62,387 nt of DNA from Alphaproteobacteria bacterium (GTDB lineage: Bacteria; Pseudomonadota; Alphaproteobacteria; UBA11222): the NCBI GenBank assembly GCA_009693835.1, contig SHWM01000004.1, positions 1 to 62,387 of the forward strand, written 5' to 3'. The translations under genes were made by a program, and so were the position numbers. Shown here in pieces: positions 41,780 to 53,029 of the stretch. The notes beneath the pieces were generated by a model. That model ran no database searches and was not told the DNA's origin. It was given only the letters and a program-made list of their open reading frames with translations. Numbering within the stretch: the first letter of the stretch is position 1; every line of letters begins with the position of its first letter.

Positions 41780-44700
41780 ATGATCGCGCGCGCAGAAGAA
41801 AGAAAAACCTGCCTCCTTACTGACGCCGCCGCCCAGATGGGCGGGCGCATGACGGCGACGCCAAAGGCGGAACTGGAAGGTTTTATCGGGCAATATTTCA
41901 AAAATGTGATCGCCGAAGACCTGTTGCAACTGACCCCGGCTAATGTATACGGCGCAGCGCTTTCACATTACAAGCTGGCCGCCACGAGACGCCCTGGTGA
42001 GGCGCAGATCCGGGTGTTTACTCCCCGCATCGAGACGCATGGATGGCAGGCGCCGCATACCGTCATTGAAATGGTCAATGACGACATGCCGTTTTTGCTG
42101 GATTCCGTCAGCGGTGCTATCAATCGGCTGGGCCTTGGCATTCATCTGGTTGCGCATCCTGTGTTGCAGGTGCGCCGCACGGAAGAAGGCCGCTGGAGCG
42201 GACTGGCGGGGGACGGCGAGACCGGGGGACGCCCGGAATCTTTCATTATGATGATGATCGACGAGCAGCCTGATCCGGCCAGGCTGAAGAATATTTCCAG
42301 CCAGCTTGAGGAAGTGCTGTCGGACGTGCGGGCCGCCGTCACCGACTGGTGGGAGATGCAGGCGCAACTGGACGCAGGCATCGCCGAGGTCCGCGCAACC
42401 AGAATAGACATCGCCGCCGAGGAAATCGATGAATCGGTCGCGTTTCTGGAGTGGCTGAGGGACAATCATTTCACCCTGCTGGGCTATGCGGAGCTTGACT
42501 ATCCCGATATACGCGACAGCCGTACAGCAAGCCAGGCGGCAGGAAGCGGACGTGGCGTTCTGCGCAATCCGGATGTGAAATTATTCCGTTCACGGAGCAA
42601 TGGTCTGGTCGCGTTTTCACCGGAAATACTTGAAAGCCTGAAACGCCCGGGGCCGCTGATTGTCACGAAAACCGATGTGCGCTCGCGCGTGCATCGCGAC
42701 ACGCATATGGATTATATCGGCATAAAACGTTATGGGCCGAACGGCGAGGTGATTGGCGAACGGCGTTTTATCGGGCTGTTTACCTCCATCGCCTATAGCC
42801 GCGCGCCCGCGGAAATTCCGCTTCTACGCCGCAAGGTTGCACTGACGATGGCGCGCGCGGGCTTTGCCCGCGACAGCCATGACGGCAAGGCGCTGCAGAA
42901 TATTCTGGACACCTATCCGCGCGATGAACTGTTTCAGTCGCCCCGCGATCTTCTGTTTCACAACGCCATTGCCATCCTGCGTTTGCAGGAACGGCCGCGC
43001 ACCCGGCTGATTGTACGCACCGACCCGTTCCAGCGTTATGTATCCTGCATCGTCTATGTTCCGCGGGAAAGGTACGACGCCGGATTGCAGCAGCATATTG
43101 GCGCCATTCTGGCCGAAAATCTTAAAGGCACGGTCACTACGATCACGCCGGAGTTTGGCGAGATGCCGCTTGCGCGGGTTCATTTCATCATCAGGACCAG
43201 CCCGGGCGCCGAGCCGGTGATCGAGATTGAACAGATTGAAGCCCAGATTGAACAGGCGGCAAGGACCTGGATTGATGAACTGCGCACCACTCTTCTGGCC
43301 CGTGTGGGAGGAGAACGCGGCCTGGACTTGTGGGAACGTTACGCGAATGGGTTTCCACCGGACTATACGGCGCATTTCACGCCTGAACTGGCGGTCCGTG
43401 ACATTGAGCGCATGGAGGCGTTGTCAGTGTCCGGCGGCGTCCATGTCTGTTTTTACCGTACCCTGGAGGATCAGGAATCCGTGGTGCGGTTCAAGCTGTT
43501 CCGCCCCGGCGAGGCGGTGCCGTTAAGTGACTGTATGCCGATGCTGGAGCGCATCGGGTTTCGGGTTACCGGTGAACATCCCTACGAAATTAAAACGGCG
43601 GATGGCGGCAGCGTCTGGCTGCATGATTTTGAAATGCGCGAGTCGAACGAAGAGCCGGTGGACCTTGCCGCCGTGCGCGAAAAACTTGAAAATCTGTTCA
43701 TCGCCCTGTGGCGCCAGCAGGCGGAAAATGATGGTTATAACCGTCTTGTGCTGGGTGCGGGCCTGTTATGGCGGGAGGCGGCGATGATCCGCGCCTATGG
43801 CAGATATTTGCGTCAGGCCGGCATCCCCTACAGCAACGATTATCTGGAGCGCGCGCTCAGCGCAAATACAGGCATTGTCCGCCAGATGGTGGAACTGTTT
43901 CATGCGCGTTTCGATATTGAATTCGCAGGTGATCGCGAGGCGCGGGTCACCGCCTTGCGGCGCGAGATTGCCCTGGCGCTGGATGGTGTTGAAAGCCTGG
44001 ATGAAGACCGCATCCTGCGCCGCTTTCTCAATCTGATCGTCTGCACCCTGCGCACCAATTTCTATCAGCAGACGGAAGATGGCGGGCACAAGGACCCTAT
44101 TTCCTTCAAGCTGGACAGCACCCGGGTGGATGAGCTGCCGCTGCCGCGTCCGATGGTGGAGATATTCGTGTATTCACCCCGTGTGGAAGGCGTGCATCTG
44201 CGCTTTGGCCGGGTGGCGCGCGGCGGCCTGCGCTGGTCGGACCGGCGCGAAGATTTCCGGACGGAAATTTTGGGGCTTGTGAAGGCGCAACAGGTCAAGA
44301 ATGCGGTTATCATCCCCGTCGGTTCAAAGGGCGGATTTTACCCTAAACGCCTGCCGGCTGGGGGCCCGCGCGAGGCGTATCAGGAAGAAGGCATTGCCGC
44401 CTACCGCTTGTTCATCTCCGGGCTGCTGGATCTGACGGATAATATTGTGGATGCCAAACCGTCGCCGCCGCCACGCGTCGTGCGCTATGACGTCGATGAT
44501 CCCTATCTGGTGGTGGCGGCCGACAAGGGCACGGCGACATTTTCCGACATCGCCAATAATGTGGCGCGTGATTACGGGTTCTGGCTGGATGACGCGTTTG
44601 CCTCCGGCGGTTCGGTTGGCTATGACCACAAGAAAATGGCGATCACGGCGCGTGGCGCGTGGGGGGCCGTCAAGCGGCATTTCCGGGAACGCGGCACGGA

Positions 44701-46612
44701 TGTACAGACAACACCGTTCAGCGTGATTGGATGCGGCGACATGTCGGGCGATGTGTTTGGCAATGCAATGCTGCGCTCGCGCCAGATCAGGCTGCTGGCG
44801 GCATTTGACCATCGCGACATTTTTATTGATCCGGCTCCTGATCCGGAAATCAGCTTCGGGGAACGCGAACGTTTGTTCAACCTGCCGCGTTCGTCCTGGG
44901 CGGATTATAACGAAAAACTGATCAGCGCGGGTGGCGGCGTTTTCAGCCGGACACGCAAATCGATTGCCCTCACGCCGCAGATGCAGGCGATGACCGGACT
45001 TACCCAGGATACCGTGACGCCGGCCGAGCTTATCCATGCGTTGCTAGGGGCCGAGACTGATCTGTTATTTTTTGGCGGCATCGGAACCTATCTTAAATCC
45101 GCGCGTGAAACCCACCTTGATGTGGGCGACAAGGCCAATGACGGGGTGCGTATTGATGGGGCCAGGGTGCGCGCCAGGGTTATTGGCGAGGGCGCCAATC
45201 TTGGCTGCACCCAACTGGGCCGCATCGAATATGCGCTGCGCGGGGGCGCCATCAATACGGATGCGGTTGATAATTCGGCCGGGGTGGATTGTTCCGATCA
45301 CGAGGTAAACATCAAAATCGCACTGGGCGCCGTCGTGCAGGCGGGCGATCTGCCGCTCAAGCAGCGTGATCTGCTGCTCGCGTCGATGACGGATGAAGTG
45401 GCCGAACTGGTGTTACGGGACAATTACCAGCAAACACTTGCCATCAGCCTTGAGGCGGCGCGGTCGCACCATATGCTGGACTCGCATGCTCGGTTTATCC
45501 GCGAACAGGAAAGGCTGGGCCTGCTCAACCGCGCCGTCGAATTTCTGCCGGATGACGCGGAGATCACCCAGCGTGCAAGTCAGGGCCAAGGCCTTACACG
45601 CCCGGAAATCTCTGTTCTGGTGGCCTATGCCAAGAACGGCATGCGGCAGGAATTGCTGACCAGCGACATACCGGACGCGGATTTTTTCCACGAAGATCTG
45701 CTGAGTTATTTTCCTAAACCCCTGCGCGACACCTATTCCGGCGCGCTGTTAGGCCACCAGTTACGGCGCGAAATCATCGCATCCATGCTTGCGAACAGCA
45801 TTGTGAACCGGGCTGGCGTCAGTTTTGTTACTGGAATCCGCGAAGAAACAGGATTTTCCACTGCCGAGATTGTACGCGCTTTTGTGGTCGCGCGGGCAGC
45901 GTTCGATCTGCGCGCTTTCTGGCAATCGCTTGAGGCGCTGGACAATCAGGTGACGGCCGAAGTGCAAATGCGCATCCATATTGACGGGCGGGATCTGATC
46001 CGGCGCGCGACGATCTGGTTCCTGCGTAATGTGAAGCAGCCAATGGATATGGGCGCGGTGATTGCCGCCTACCGGCCCGGCATTGCCAGCCTGCGTAGTG
46101 AAATTCACCAATATCTGTCGGACTTTGAAGGGGAAGCGCATGCGCAGCGTCTGCAGGCCCTTTTGACCGAGCACGTGCCCGAGGAAATTGCGCGGCTTGC
46201 GGCGCTGCTGCACCCGCTGGGGGCGGCTACGGATCTGGTGATGGTGGCGCAGGCCACCGGCCAGAGCGTGGGCGAGGCGGCGCGCGCCTTTTTCCAGATC
46301 GGCGCGGAGCTGAATCTGGACTGGTTATGCAGGGCGGCTGAAAAATCGTCGCCTGATGAACATTGGGAAAGACTGGCCATGAACGCAGTCGTCGATGATT
46401 TTTATGGGCAGCAGCGCACCCTCACCTCGCAGGCGCTGAATATGGCGAAAATACCTGGCGCCGCGGCGGACGCACTGGAACAGTGGCGGGACAGGCATGC
46501 CCCTGCCCTGCGCCGCACCGCCGGACTGATTGATGAAATGCGCACAGGGGCCATCAGCATCGCCAAACTGGCCTTCGTCAACCGTCAGATGCGCGATCTG
46601 ATGAATAAATAG
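41780..46612 (+). CDS. Large NAD-specific glutamate dehydrogenase (~1600 aa)
   Basis: NDDMPFL, ARGGLRWSDRREDFRTE, VAADKGTATFSD, GDMSGDVFGN, DCSDHEVNIKI. Confidence 0.94.
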   Translation: MIARAEERKTCLLTDAAAQMGGRMTATPKAELEGFIGQYFKNVIAEDLLQLTPANVYGAALSHYKLAATRRPGEAQIRVFTPRIETHGWQAPHTVIEMVNDDMPFLLDSVSGAINRLGLGIHLVAHPVLQVRRTEEGRWSGLAGDGETGGRPESFIMMMIDEQPDPARLKNISSQLEEVLSDVRAAVTDWWEMQAQLDAGIAEVRATRIDIAAEEIDESVAFLEWLRDNHFTLLGYAELDYPDIRDSRTASQAAGSGRGVLRNPDVKLFRSRSNGLVAFSPEILESLKRPGPLIVTKTDVRSRVHRDTHMDYIGIKRYGPNGEVIGERRFIGLFTSIAYSRAPAEIPLLRRKVALTMARAGFARDSHDGKALQNILDTYPRDELFQSPRDLLFHNAIAILRLQERPRTRLIVRTDPFQRYVSCIVYVPRERYDAGLQQHIGAILAENLKGTVTTITPEFGEMPLARVHFIIRTSPGAEPVIEIEQIEAQIEQAARTWIDELRTTLLARVGGERGLDLWERYANGFPPDYTAHFTPELAVRDIERMEALSVSGGVHVCFYRTLEDQESVVRFKLFRPGEAVPLSDCMPMLERIGFRVTGEHPYEIKTADGGSVWLHDFEMRESNEEPVDLAAVREKLENLFIALWRQQAENDGYNRLVLGAGLLWREAAMIRAYGRYLRQAGIPYSNDYLERALSANTGIVRQMVELFHARFDIEFAGDREARVTALRREIALALDGVESLDEDRILRRFLNLIVCTLRTNFYQQTEDGGHKDPISFKLDSTRVDELPLPRPMVEIFVYSPRVEGVHLRFGRVARGGLRWSDRREDFRTEILGLVKAQQVKNAVIIPVGSKGGFYPKRLPAGGPREAYQEEGIAAYRLFISGLLDLTDNIVDAKPSPPPRVVRYDVDDPYLVVAADKGTATFSDIANNVARDYGFWLDDAFASGGSVGYDHKKMAITARGAWGAVKRHFRERGTDVQTTPFSVIGCGDMSGDVFGNAMLRSRQIRLLAAFDHRDIFIDPAPDPEISFGERERLFNLPRSSWADYNEKLISAGGGVFSRTRKSIALTPQMQAMTGLTQDTVTPAELIHALLGAETDLLFFGGIGTYLKSARETHLDVGDKANDGVRIDGARVRARVIGEGANLGCTQLGRIEYALRGGAINTDAVDNSAGVDCSDHEVNIKIALGAVVQAGDLPLKQRDLLLASMTDEVAELVLRDNYQQTLAISLEAARSHHMLDSHARFIREQERLGLLNRAVEFLPDDAEITQRASQGQGLTRPEISVLVAYAKNGMRQELLTSDIPDADFFHEDLLSYFPKPLRDTYSGALLGHQLRREIIASMLANSIVNRAGVSFVTGIREETGFSTAEIVRAFVVARAAFDLRAFWQSLEALDNQVTAEVQMRIHIDGRDLIRRATIWFLRNVKQPMDMGAVIAAYRPGIASLRSEIHQYLSDFEGEAHAQRLQALLTEHVPEEIARLAALLHPLGAATDLVMVAQATGQSVGEAARAFFQIGAELNLDWLCRAAEKSSPDEHWERLAMNAVVDDFYGQQRTLTSQALNMAKIPGAAADALEQWRDRHAPALRRTAGLIDEMRTGAISIAKLAFVNRQMRDLMNK

Positions 46613-46646
46613 GCCGTTGACGCCACACCTGGTCTAGATTGCGGCG

Positions 46647-48014
46647 ATGATCCATTCGCCGGCTGACACCGCCGCGCGGCCCGCAATTTCGCGGCGGCGC
46701 GGGCAATATGCCTGGGCCCTGCTGGACTGGGCACACCAGCCTTATTTCACATTGATCGCGACTTTTATCTTCGCGCCCTATTTCGCCAACCATTTTACCG
46801 GCAACGCCGTGCGCGGACAGGAAATCTGGGGTTATAGCCAGTCCTTCGCGGGCGCCTGCATTGCCTTGTTAAGCCCGCTGCTGGGCGCCTTCGCCGACAG
46901 GATGGGGCGGCGCAAGCCATGGATTGCTGCGTTTGGTGTGAGCTACGTTCTAGGCAATGCGCTGTTGTGGTTTGCGGCGCCCGATACGCCTCAGGCCATG
47001 CCGCTGGTGTTGGGCGCGCTGGTGATGGCGGCGATAAGCGCGGAATTCATCATTCTGTTCAGCAACGCCATGCTGCCGGACCTGGTCGAGCCCGCGGAGC
47101 TGGGACGCCTGAGCGGTTTTGGCTGGGGGTTTGGTTATATCGGGGGCCTGCTGAGCCTGATTGTGATTATCGGCGCGCCGGGTTTGAAAAATATGCAGGG
47201 GCAGCTCGTTGGCCCGCTGACGGCCATCTGGTTTTTGTTATTCGCGCAACCCTTTCTTTGGTTTACGCCAGACCGCCCGGCGACGGGGTTGCGTGCGGGT
47301 CAGGCGGTCCGCCAGGGCCTGGCGCAACTGCGCCAGACGGTGCGGCAATCGCGCGGCCATGGCAATGTGTGGCGGTTTCTCATTGCGCACATGATCTATT
47401 CCGACGGCCTCGCCGCGATATTCGCATTTGGCGGTATTTATGGGGCCGGCCTGTTTGGCTGGGAAACCTTCACGCTGGGGCTTTTCGGAATCCTGTTGAT
47501 TATCTTTGCTACAATAGGCGCATTTGCAGGCGGCTGGGCGGATGACCGTTTCGGCTCGCGCCGCACAGTCCTCGTTTCGGTTGCCGGACTGGTTGTGGCC
47601 CTTGTGGGCGCGCTGTCCATCCAGACGGATTCGATTTTTTTCTGGGTATCCGTGGCACCCTTTCACCCGGGCGGGGCGGCGTTCCACAGCGCGCCGGAAC
47701 TGGCCTATCTGGCCAGCGGGGTGCTGATGGGAATTTTCGGCGGCCCCGCCCAGGCCGCCAGCCGTACGCTGTTGGCGCGGCTGGCCCCCGGGGATATGGC
47801 CGGAGAATTTTTCGGGCTGTTCGCCATGACCGGCAAGGCCACGTCCTTTCTTGCGCCGGTGCTGATAGGCCTGACCACCGCCGCGCTTTATTCCCAGCGT
47901 GCCGGAATGGTGGTGATTCTGGTGTTTCTGGTTTCCGGTTTTGCGGCGTTATGGCGGGTGCGGGAGGCGGCTGATGAAAGCGGCCCTGCCGCAGCGCGTG
48001 CAACTGGCGGGTGA
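46647..48014 (+). CDS. MFS transporter, UMF1/ATG22-like
   Basis: WALLDWA, GAFADRMGRRK, SGFGWGFGYIGG, QAASRT, EFFG. Confidence 0.85.
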   Translation: MIHSPADTAARPAISRRRGQYAWALLDWAHQPYFTLIATFIFAPYFANHFTGNAVRGQEIWGYSQSFAGACIALLSPLLGAFADRMGRRKPWIAAFGVSYVLGNALLWFAAPDTPQAMPLVLGALVMAAISAEFIILFSNAMLPDLVEPAELGRLSGFGWGFGYIGGLLSLIVIIGAPGLKNMQGQLVGPLTAIWFLLFAQPFLWFTPDRPATGLRAGQAVRQGLAQLRQTVRQSRGHGNVWRFLIAHMIYSDGLAAIFAFGGIYGAGLFGWETFTLGLFGILLIIFATIGAFAGGWADDRFGSRRTVLVSVAGLVVALVGALSIQTDSIFFWVSVAPFHPGGAAFHSAPELAYLASGVLMGIFGGPAQAASRTLLARLAPGDMAGEFFGLFAMTGKATSFLAPVLIGLTTAALYSQRAGMVVILVFLVSGFAALWRVREAADESGPAAARATGG

Positions 48015-48064
48015 CAAGCACCAGGGAATTCCATTATCCTCTCAACAACTGATAGGGGAATATC

Positions 48065-49714
48065 ATGCCGCTTGATCTGAAAGTGATTTTACCGGAAAGC
48101 CGTATCGCGGCCATGAAGCAGGCCGGACTGTGGCCGGACATTCTGCTGACCGACATGCTGGACAAATGGGTGGCCAGCCAGCCGGACGCCATCGCCATTG
48201 CCGGTTTCAATTCCATGCGGCGGCGGCGCGAAAGCCTGTCTTTCCGCCAGCTTGATCAGTTCTCGCGGCGCATCGCGCTGGGGCTGGTGCATTATGGCGT
48301 CGCGCCGGGCGACATGGTGTCGTTTCAGTTGCCGAACTGGTGGGAATTCGTGGCGCTGCATCTGGCCTGTGTGCGCATCGGTGCGATCAGCAATCCGGTG
48401 ATGCCGATTTTCCGGGAACGCGAACTTTCCTTCATGCTGGATTTTGCCGAAACGAAAGTGGTTTTCGTGCCGCGCGAATTTCGCGGATTTGATCATCCGG
48501 CCATGATGGCGGACCTGCGCCGTAATCTTCCCGCGCTTGAACATGTGTTCGTGCTGGGAGGCGAGGGCAGCCAGAGCTTTGAGGAGAATTTCCTGCTGCG
48601 CCGCCATGAAGATGAGATGAACGCCCAGGCGATATTTGCGGCGCGCCGGATGGGCCCCAATGATGTGAATGAAATGCTGTACACGTCCGGCACGACAGGC
48701 CAGCCCAAGGGGGTGATGCATACGGCCAACACGCAGTTCGGCAGTTTGCAGTCGCTGGCCCCGGCGATTGGCCTCGGCCATGCGGACACGTTGCTGATGG
48801 GCTCGCCGCTGGCGCATCAGACCGGCTTTCTCTATGGCATCATGATGCCGCTTTATCTGGGCATCAAGGTTGTCTATCAGGATATATGGGATGCGCGCAT
48901 TGCGGCGCAGATGATCCAGGATGAAAGGGTAACCTACACCATGGCCTCGACGCCGTTCCTGGCGGACCTGACGGATCATCCCGATGTGCATAAATATGAC
49001 ACCAGCTCGTTGCGGCTGTTCATGTGCGGCGGCGCGCCGATCCCGCGTGTGCTCACCGAACGCGCCACAAGGGAACTGGACATCAAGGTGCTGGCGCTGT
49101 GGGGCATGAGCGAAAACGGCGCACTCACCGTCACCCGGCCGGATGACCCGATGGAAAAGGTCTCCAATACGGATGGAAAGGCGATTCAGGGAACCGAGGT
49201 GCGCATCGTCGATGAACTGGGCAGGCCGGCGCCAGTGGACACAGAAGGCCTGCTGCAGGCGCGCGGCTGCACGCAGTTCGTGGGCTATATGAAAAAGCCG
49301 GAAATGCATGGCACGGATGCGGATGGCTGGTTTGACACGGGCGATTATGCGCGAATGGACGCCGATGGCTATATCCGCATTACCGGGCGCGCCAAGGACA
49401 TTCTTATCCGTGGCGGCGAGAACGTGCCTGTCGTGGAGGTCGAAGAACTGCTTTACCGGCATCCGGCGATTGTGGATGCGGCGATTGTCGGCATGCCGGA
49501 CCCGCGCCTTGGCGAACGCGGCTGCGCCTTTGTCACGCTGACCCCGGGGTCAAGCCTCAGCTTTGCGGAAATGGCCTCTTATTTGACCGATGCGAAACTG
49601 GCGCGCAATTATATGCCCGAACGGCTGGAAGTGATTGCGGAAATGCCGCGCACCGCCAGCGGCAAAATTCAGAAATTCAAGCTGCGCGAAATCGCAAAGG
49701 AGTTTTCGGTTTGA
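48065..49714 (+). CDS. Acyl-CoA synthetase, cyclohexanecarboxylate-CoA ligase-like
   Basis: QLPNWWEF, YTSGTTGQPKG, SPLAHQTGF, WGMSE, TGD, RGGENVP, SGKIQK. Confidence 0.85.
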   Translation: MPLDLKVILPESRIAAMKQAGLWPDILLTDMLDKWVASQPDAIAIAGFNSMRRRRESLSFRQLDQFSRRIALGLVHYGVAPGDMVSFQLPNWWEFVALHLACVRIGAISNPVMPIFRERELSFMLDFAETKVVFVPREFRGFDHPAMMADLRRNLPALEHVFVLGGEGSQSFEENFLLRRHEDEMNAQAIFAARRMGPNDVNEMLYTSGTTGQPKGVMHTANTQFGSLQSLAPAIGLGHADTLLMGSPLAHQTGFLYGIMMPLYLGIKVVYQDIWDARIAAQMIQDERVTYTMASTPFLADLTDHPDVHKYDTSSLRLFMCGGAPIPRVLTERATRELDIKVLALWGMSENGALTVTRPDDPMEKVSNTDGKAIQGTEVRIVDELGRPAPVDTEGLLQARGCTQFVGYMKKPEMHGTDADGWFDTGDYARMDADGYIRITGRAKDILIRGGENVPVVEVEELLYRHPAIVDAAIVGMPDPRLGERGCAFVTLTPGSSLSFAEMASYLTDAKLARNYMPERLEVIAEMPRTASGKIQKFKLREIAKEFSV

Positions 49715-50340
49715 CCCTATCCTTTCAGGTTACAGATGCTTTGCGCGAACATGTCACGCGCAATGTCGCGCAATTTCCCAGCCGCAATCAGCCGGGCGAG
49801 GGGCTGAAACATGCCGCCGTTGCCCTGGCGATTGTTGCCAATGAGGCGGGCGAAGGCGCCCTGCTGCTGACAAGGCGCGCGCCGCGGCTGAACGCCCATG
49901 CCGGGCAATGGGCGCTGCCGGGCGGACGGCTGGACAAGGGCGAAACGCCTGTTGAGGCAGCGCTGCGCGAAATGCACGAGGAAGTGGGGCTGGACGTGCC
50001 CTCGCAGCATGTCATCGGCGTGCTGGATGATTACCCCACCCGGTCGGGCTATCTGATTACGCCGGTCGTTATCTGGGCGGGCGCGGATGCGCGGCTCGTG
50101 CCCAATCCGGCCGAGGTCGCCTCCATTCATCATGTCAGCTTCACCGAGCTGAACCGTCCGGATTCACCGGTGTTCTTCAATATTCCCGAGAGCGAGCGGC
50201 CGGTCATCCGCCTGCTGGTGGAAGACAGTTTCGTGCATGCGCCCACCGCCGCCGTGATGTATCAGTTCCGCGAGGTCTGTATTCATGGGCGCCACACCCG
50301 TGTCGATCACCTGGAACAGCCCGTGTTCGCCTGGAAATAG
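49711..50340 (+). CDS. Nudix CoA pyrophosphatase (NudL-like)
   Basis: LLTRRA..HAGQWALPGG..ALREMHEEVG, NPAEV. Confidence 0.88.
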   Translation: MTLSFQVTDALREHVTRNVAQFPSRNQPGEGLKHAAVALAIVANEAGEGALLLTRRAPRLNAHAGQWALPGGRLDKGETPVEAALREMHEEVGLDVPSQHVIGVLDDYPTRSGYLITPVVIWAGADARLVPNPAEVASIHHVSFTELNRPDSPVFFNIPESERPVIRLLVEDSFVHAPTAAVMYQFREVCIHGRHTRVDHLEQPVFAWK

Positions 50341-50430
50341 CGGCAAGTCACAATCCGGTCATGACCGGAAGCACGGCCATATAGAGTTTGATTTCAGGCG
50401 TGACCAAGTGCCGAATGCGTGCCCGGCGTG

Positions 50431-51996
50431 TCATTTTCTCTCACTTAGCCGGCTGGTGACAAAACGGTTCAGCGCCTGTTCCGCGCCGGGTGGCCGGCCC
50501 GCCAGCAACCAGGACAGGACAAGGGTCAGCGCAAAGACGGCGCCGCCTGATGCAATCCGGATCAGCAGCTTTAGCCCAATCGCGAGGCCGTGGAAATCCG
50601 GCATCGCATAAAGCAGCATCGCGCTTATTACCCCCACGGCGAGTAACGGCCGCCATACCGCAGCGGACAGTTGGGCGAGAGAAACCCGGATGACCCGGCG
50701 CAACACAAAAATTGCGAACGGGATGATCATCAGCGAGACCAGCATCCGGATCATGGCAATGCCGCCGATCGTATTGAAACGGCTGCGCAGAAGGCCCAAT
50801 CCCGCAAGCAGCAGAATGGCGTGAAAGAAGGTAATGGAGGCGGCCAGCCGGGGGTGGTTGCTGGCCTGGAGCACCGGATAAAAGGTGCTCAACAGCGCCA
50901 ACACGCCCGCATTAAGGGAAATCCAGCTCACCACCGGGATCATCTCAACCCATTTGGCACCATAGATAAAGCGTACGGCTTCATCGGCGACAATCGCGAA
51001 CCCGATGCTGATCGGAATGCAGATGATGGCGGCGACCGACAGCACGTTCACAAAATTGTTGATCATTTCCCCTGGCGCGTCGCGCAACCGCCCATAGGCG
51101 GGAAGAAAGGCGCGATTGAGCGGCACGAAGGCCTCGAACGTCGGCATGCGCGCCAGATTGGCCCCGACATGGTAATGGCCCATGGAGGATGTTGATCCGA
51201 CGCTCGGGATAAACAGGCGATCAAGCTGCATCGTGAAATAGGATCCCAGGGACTCGATCAATACCCACCCGGAAAATGACCACACCTCGGAAGTTTTTTT
51301 GAAACAGATTCGGGGTCTGTACGGGTGCATGACATAGGTAGCGGCGATTGCTCCCATATGCCCCACCAGTAATCCGCCCACCAGCGCCCAGTAGTTGCGT
51401 AAATACAGCGCCAGAGAAAGTGTAATGATGAATGGAAAAATTTTTTCGAAAATGATCTGAAAAAAATCCCGCCTGAAATCAAGGTTTTTAATGTAAAGCA
51501 CCATGCCAATGTTTTCAAAACCCATCATGAATATGCGCAGCGACATGACGCGCACCACCAGCTCCGCACGCGGGTCGCCAAAATAATTCGCAATGACAGG
51601 CGCCATCAGCAGTACAGTCAGCCCAAATAAAACCCCCGTCAGCACGGTGATCGTCCAGGCGGAATTGATGAAATCCGTATCCGGATCGGCCTTTTGAACC
51701 ACCGACAGGCGCTGACCTTGCATGACGATCAGTTCTGCAAATCCAACCATGATGGAAGCGATGGCGACAAGCCCGAAATCTTCCGGCGTCAGCAGGCGCG
51801 CCAGGATGACGGTACTGAGCAGGCCAATGCTGCGTGAGCCCCACCGTCCGGCGATGATCCAGATGGAGCTTCTGGCCAGGCTGCCATAGATATCCTTGGC
51901 CAAGGACAATTTCAAAGAAATACCGGCGGCGTCGTGCCTTATGACAGCTTTCGGCCATGGCGAAAAAAACCCCCGCATTCTGTTATGTATCAGCAT
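50431..51996 (-). CDS. Oligosaccharide flippase (Wzx/WzxC-like); true start probably near 51915
   Basis: VILARLLTPEDFGLVA, YWALV, about 12 TM segments. Confidence 0.85.
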   Translation of the reverse strand: MLIHNRMRGFFSPWPKAVIRHDAAGISLKLSLAKDIYGSLARSSIWIIAGRWGSRSIGLLSTVILARLLTPEDFGLVAIASIMVGFAELIVMQGQRLSVVQKADPDTDFINSAWTITVLTGVLFGLTVLLMAPVIANYFGDPRAELVVRVMSLRIFMMGFENIGMVLYIKNLDFRRDFFQIIFEKIFPFIITLSLALYLRNYWALVGGLLVGHMGAIAATYVMHPYRPRICFKKTSEVWSFSGWVLIESLGSYFTMQLDRLFIPSVGSTSSMGHYHVGANLARMPTFEAFVPLNRAFLPAYGRLRDAPGEMINNFVNVLSVAAIICIPISIGFAIVADEAVRFIYGAKWVEMIPVVSWISLNAGVLALLSTFYPVLQASNHPRLAASITFFHAILLLAGLGLLRSRFNTIGGIAMIRMLVSLMIIPFAIFVLRRVIRVSLAQLSAAVWRPLLAVGVISAMLLYAMPDFHGLAIGLKLLIRIASGGAVFALTLVLSWLLAGRPPGAEQALNRFVTSRLSERK

Positions 51997-52130
51997 GCGG
52001 GGGGAGGCGGTTGGGTTTCATAGGCCGGACGGTCAAGGGGATCACACACTGCCCGCGATTGCCCGCCAATGATTTGATTAGAATCAATAGCCGCGGGCCG
52101 GAATATGAATTGACAGAATTTCCTGTAGGG

Positions 52131-52573
52131 CTAGAGCATGATGATATTAAGTTTGCAAATGCCAGAACTTCAGCCTGTCACCCCGGATTTACTCGTCTCG
52201 GCGAAGCAGGGGCTCTCGCCGCGCTAGCGCTGGCGCAGCGGGTCGCTTCGGCGTAGCCTGGAGGGGAGGGAACCCTGCGGCGAATTCCTCCTCCCCCCTG
52301 AAAGGGGGAGGGGGGGGTGGGGGTCCGATTCAACACGGTCACAAATTGCTCTAAATTATTAAATAGACCATCTGTGGACCAGACGGGATCGCCCTAGCGC
52401 AATTCGTGAACGCATTGAAACATAAACATTGCCGTTTCTCACCCCGCCCTAAACCCCTCCCCATCAAGGGGAGGGGATTCCCGCAGCATACTGGGCCTTC
52501 TCCCTCCCCCTCGTGGGGAGGGCCGGGGTGGGGGGCTATACAAGCGGCTCCAACTGATCACAAAGTGCTCTAG
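52131..52573. repeat. Cluster of nested palindromic repeats bounded by CTAGAGCA...TGCTCTAG
   Basis: Contains a GTCACCCCGG fragment, a GCTTCGGCGTAGCCTGG unit and two C/G-rich hairpin units (52261-52325, 52438-52537). Confidence 0.75.
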
Positions 52574-52642
52574 CGCAGGATGTGATCATCCGGGATCGGC
52601 CAGATCATCAGATGGAGGAATCGCAAGCGGTAAAAGGGTTGC

Positions 52643-52717
52643 TGGTGGGCGCGGCTGGGATTGAACCAGCGACCCCCTCGATGTCAACGAGGTGCTCTCC
52701 CACTGAGCTACGCGCCC
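52643..52717 (-). tRNA. tRNA-Val (GAC)
   Basis: GGGCGCGTAGCTCAGTGGGAGAGCACCTCGTT-GAC-ATCGAGGGGGTCGCTGGTTCAATCCCAGCCGCGCCCACCA; 75 nt with encoded CCA. Confidence 0.97.
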
Positions 52718-53029
52718 GATTACCGTGTCCTCTCATATCGTCCCGGCGGGATGGCTGGCAAGCCCTTCCTTTGCGTCACAGATTAAGAGAGTCTTGCAAA
52801 ACAGGATGCGTTAGCCACATCGGGGCCGCCCTTATTGACCTACCTCTCCAGTAACGGAGCCATAAGCGTGGGAAATATGTCATACTTACCGATTAAGTTA
52901 CCATGATGCATTTTTCCGGGGGCGCACAGGGTTGACAGTTACCCCTCTTATCTGGCGTTGTACCCGTTGAGGCATGAGACCCGCCAGAACAGCGGCAATT
53001 AATCGCTTGCGGCGGGATAAAAACCAAGG

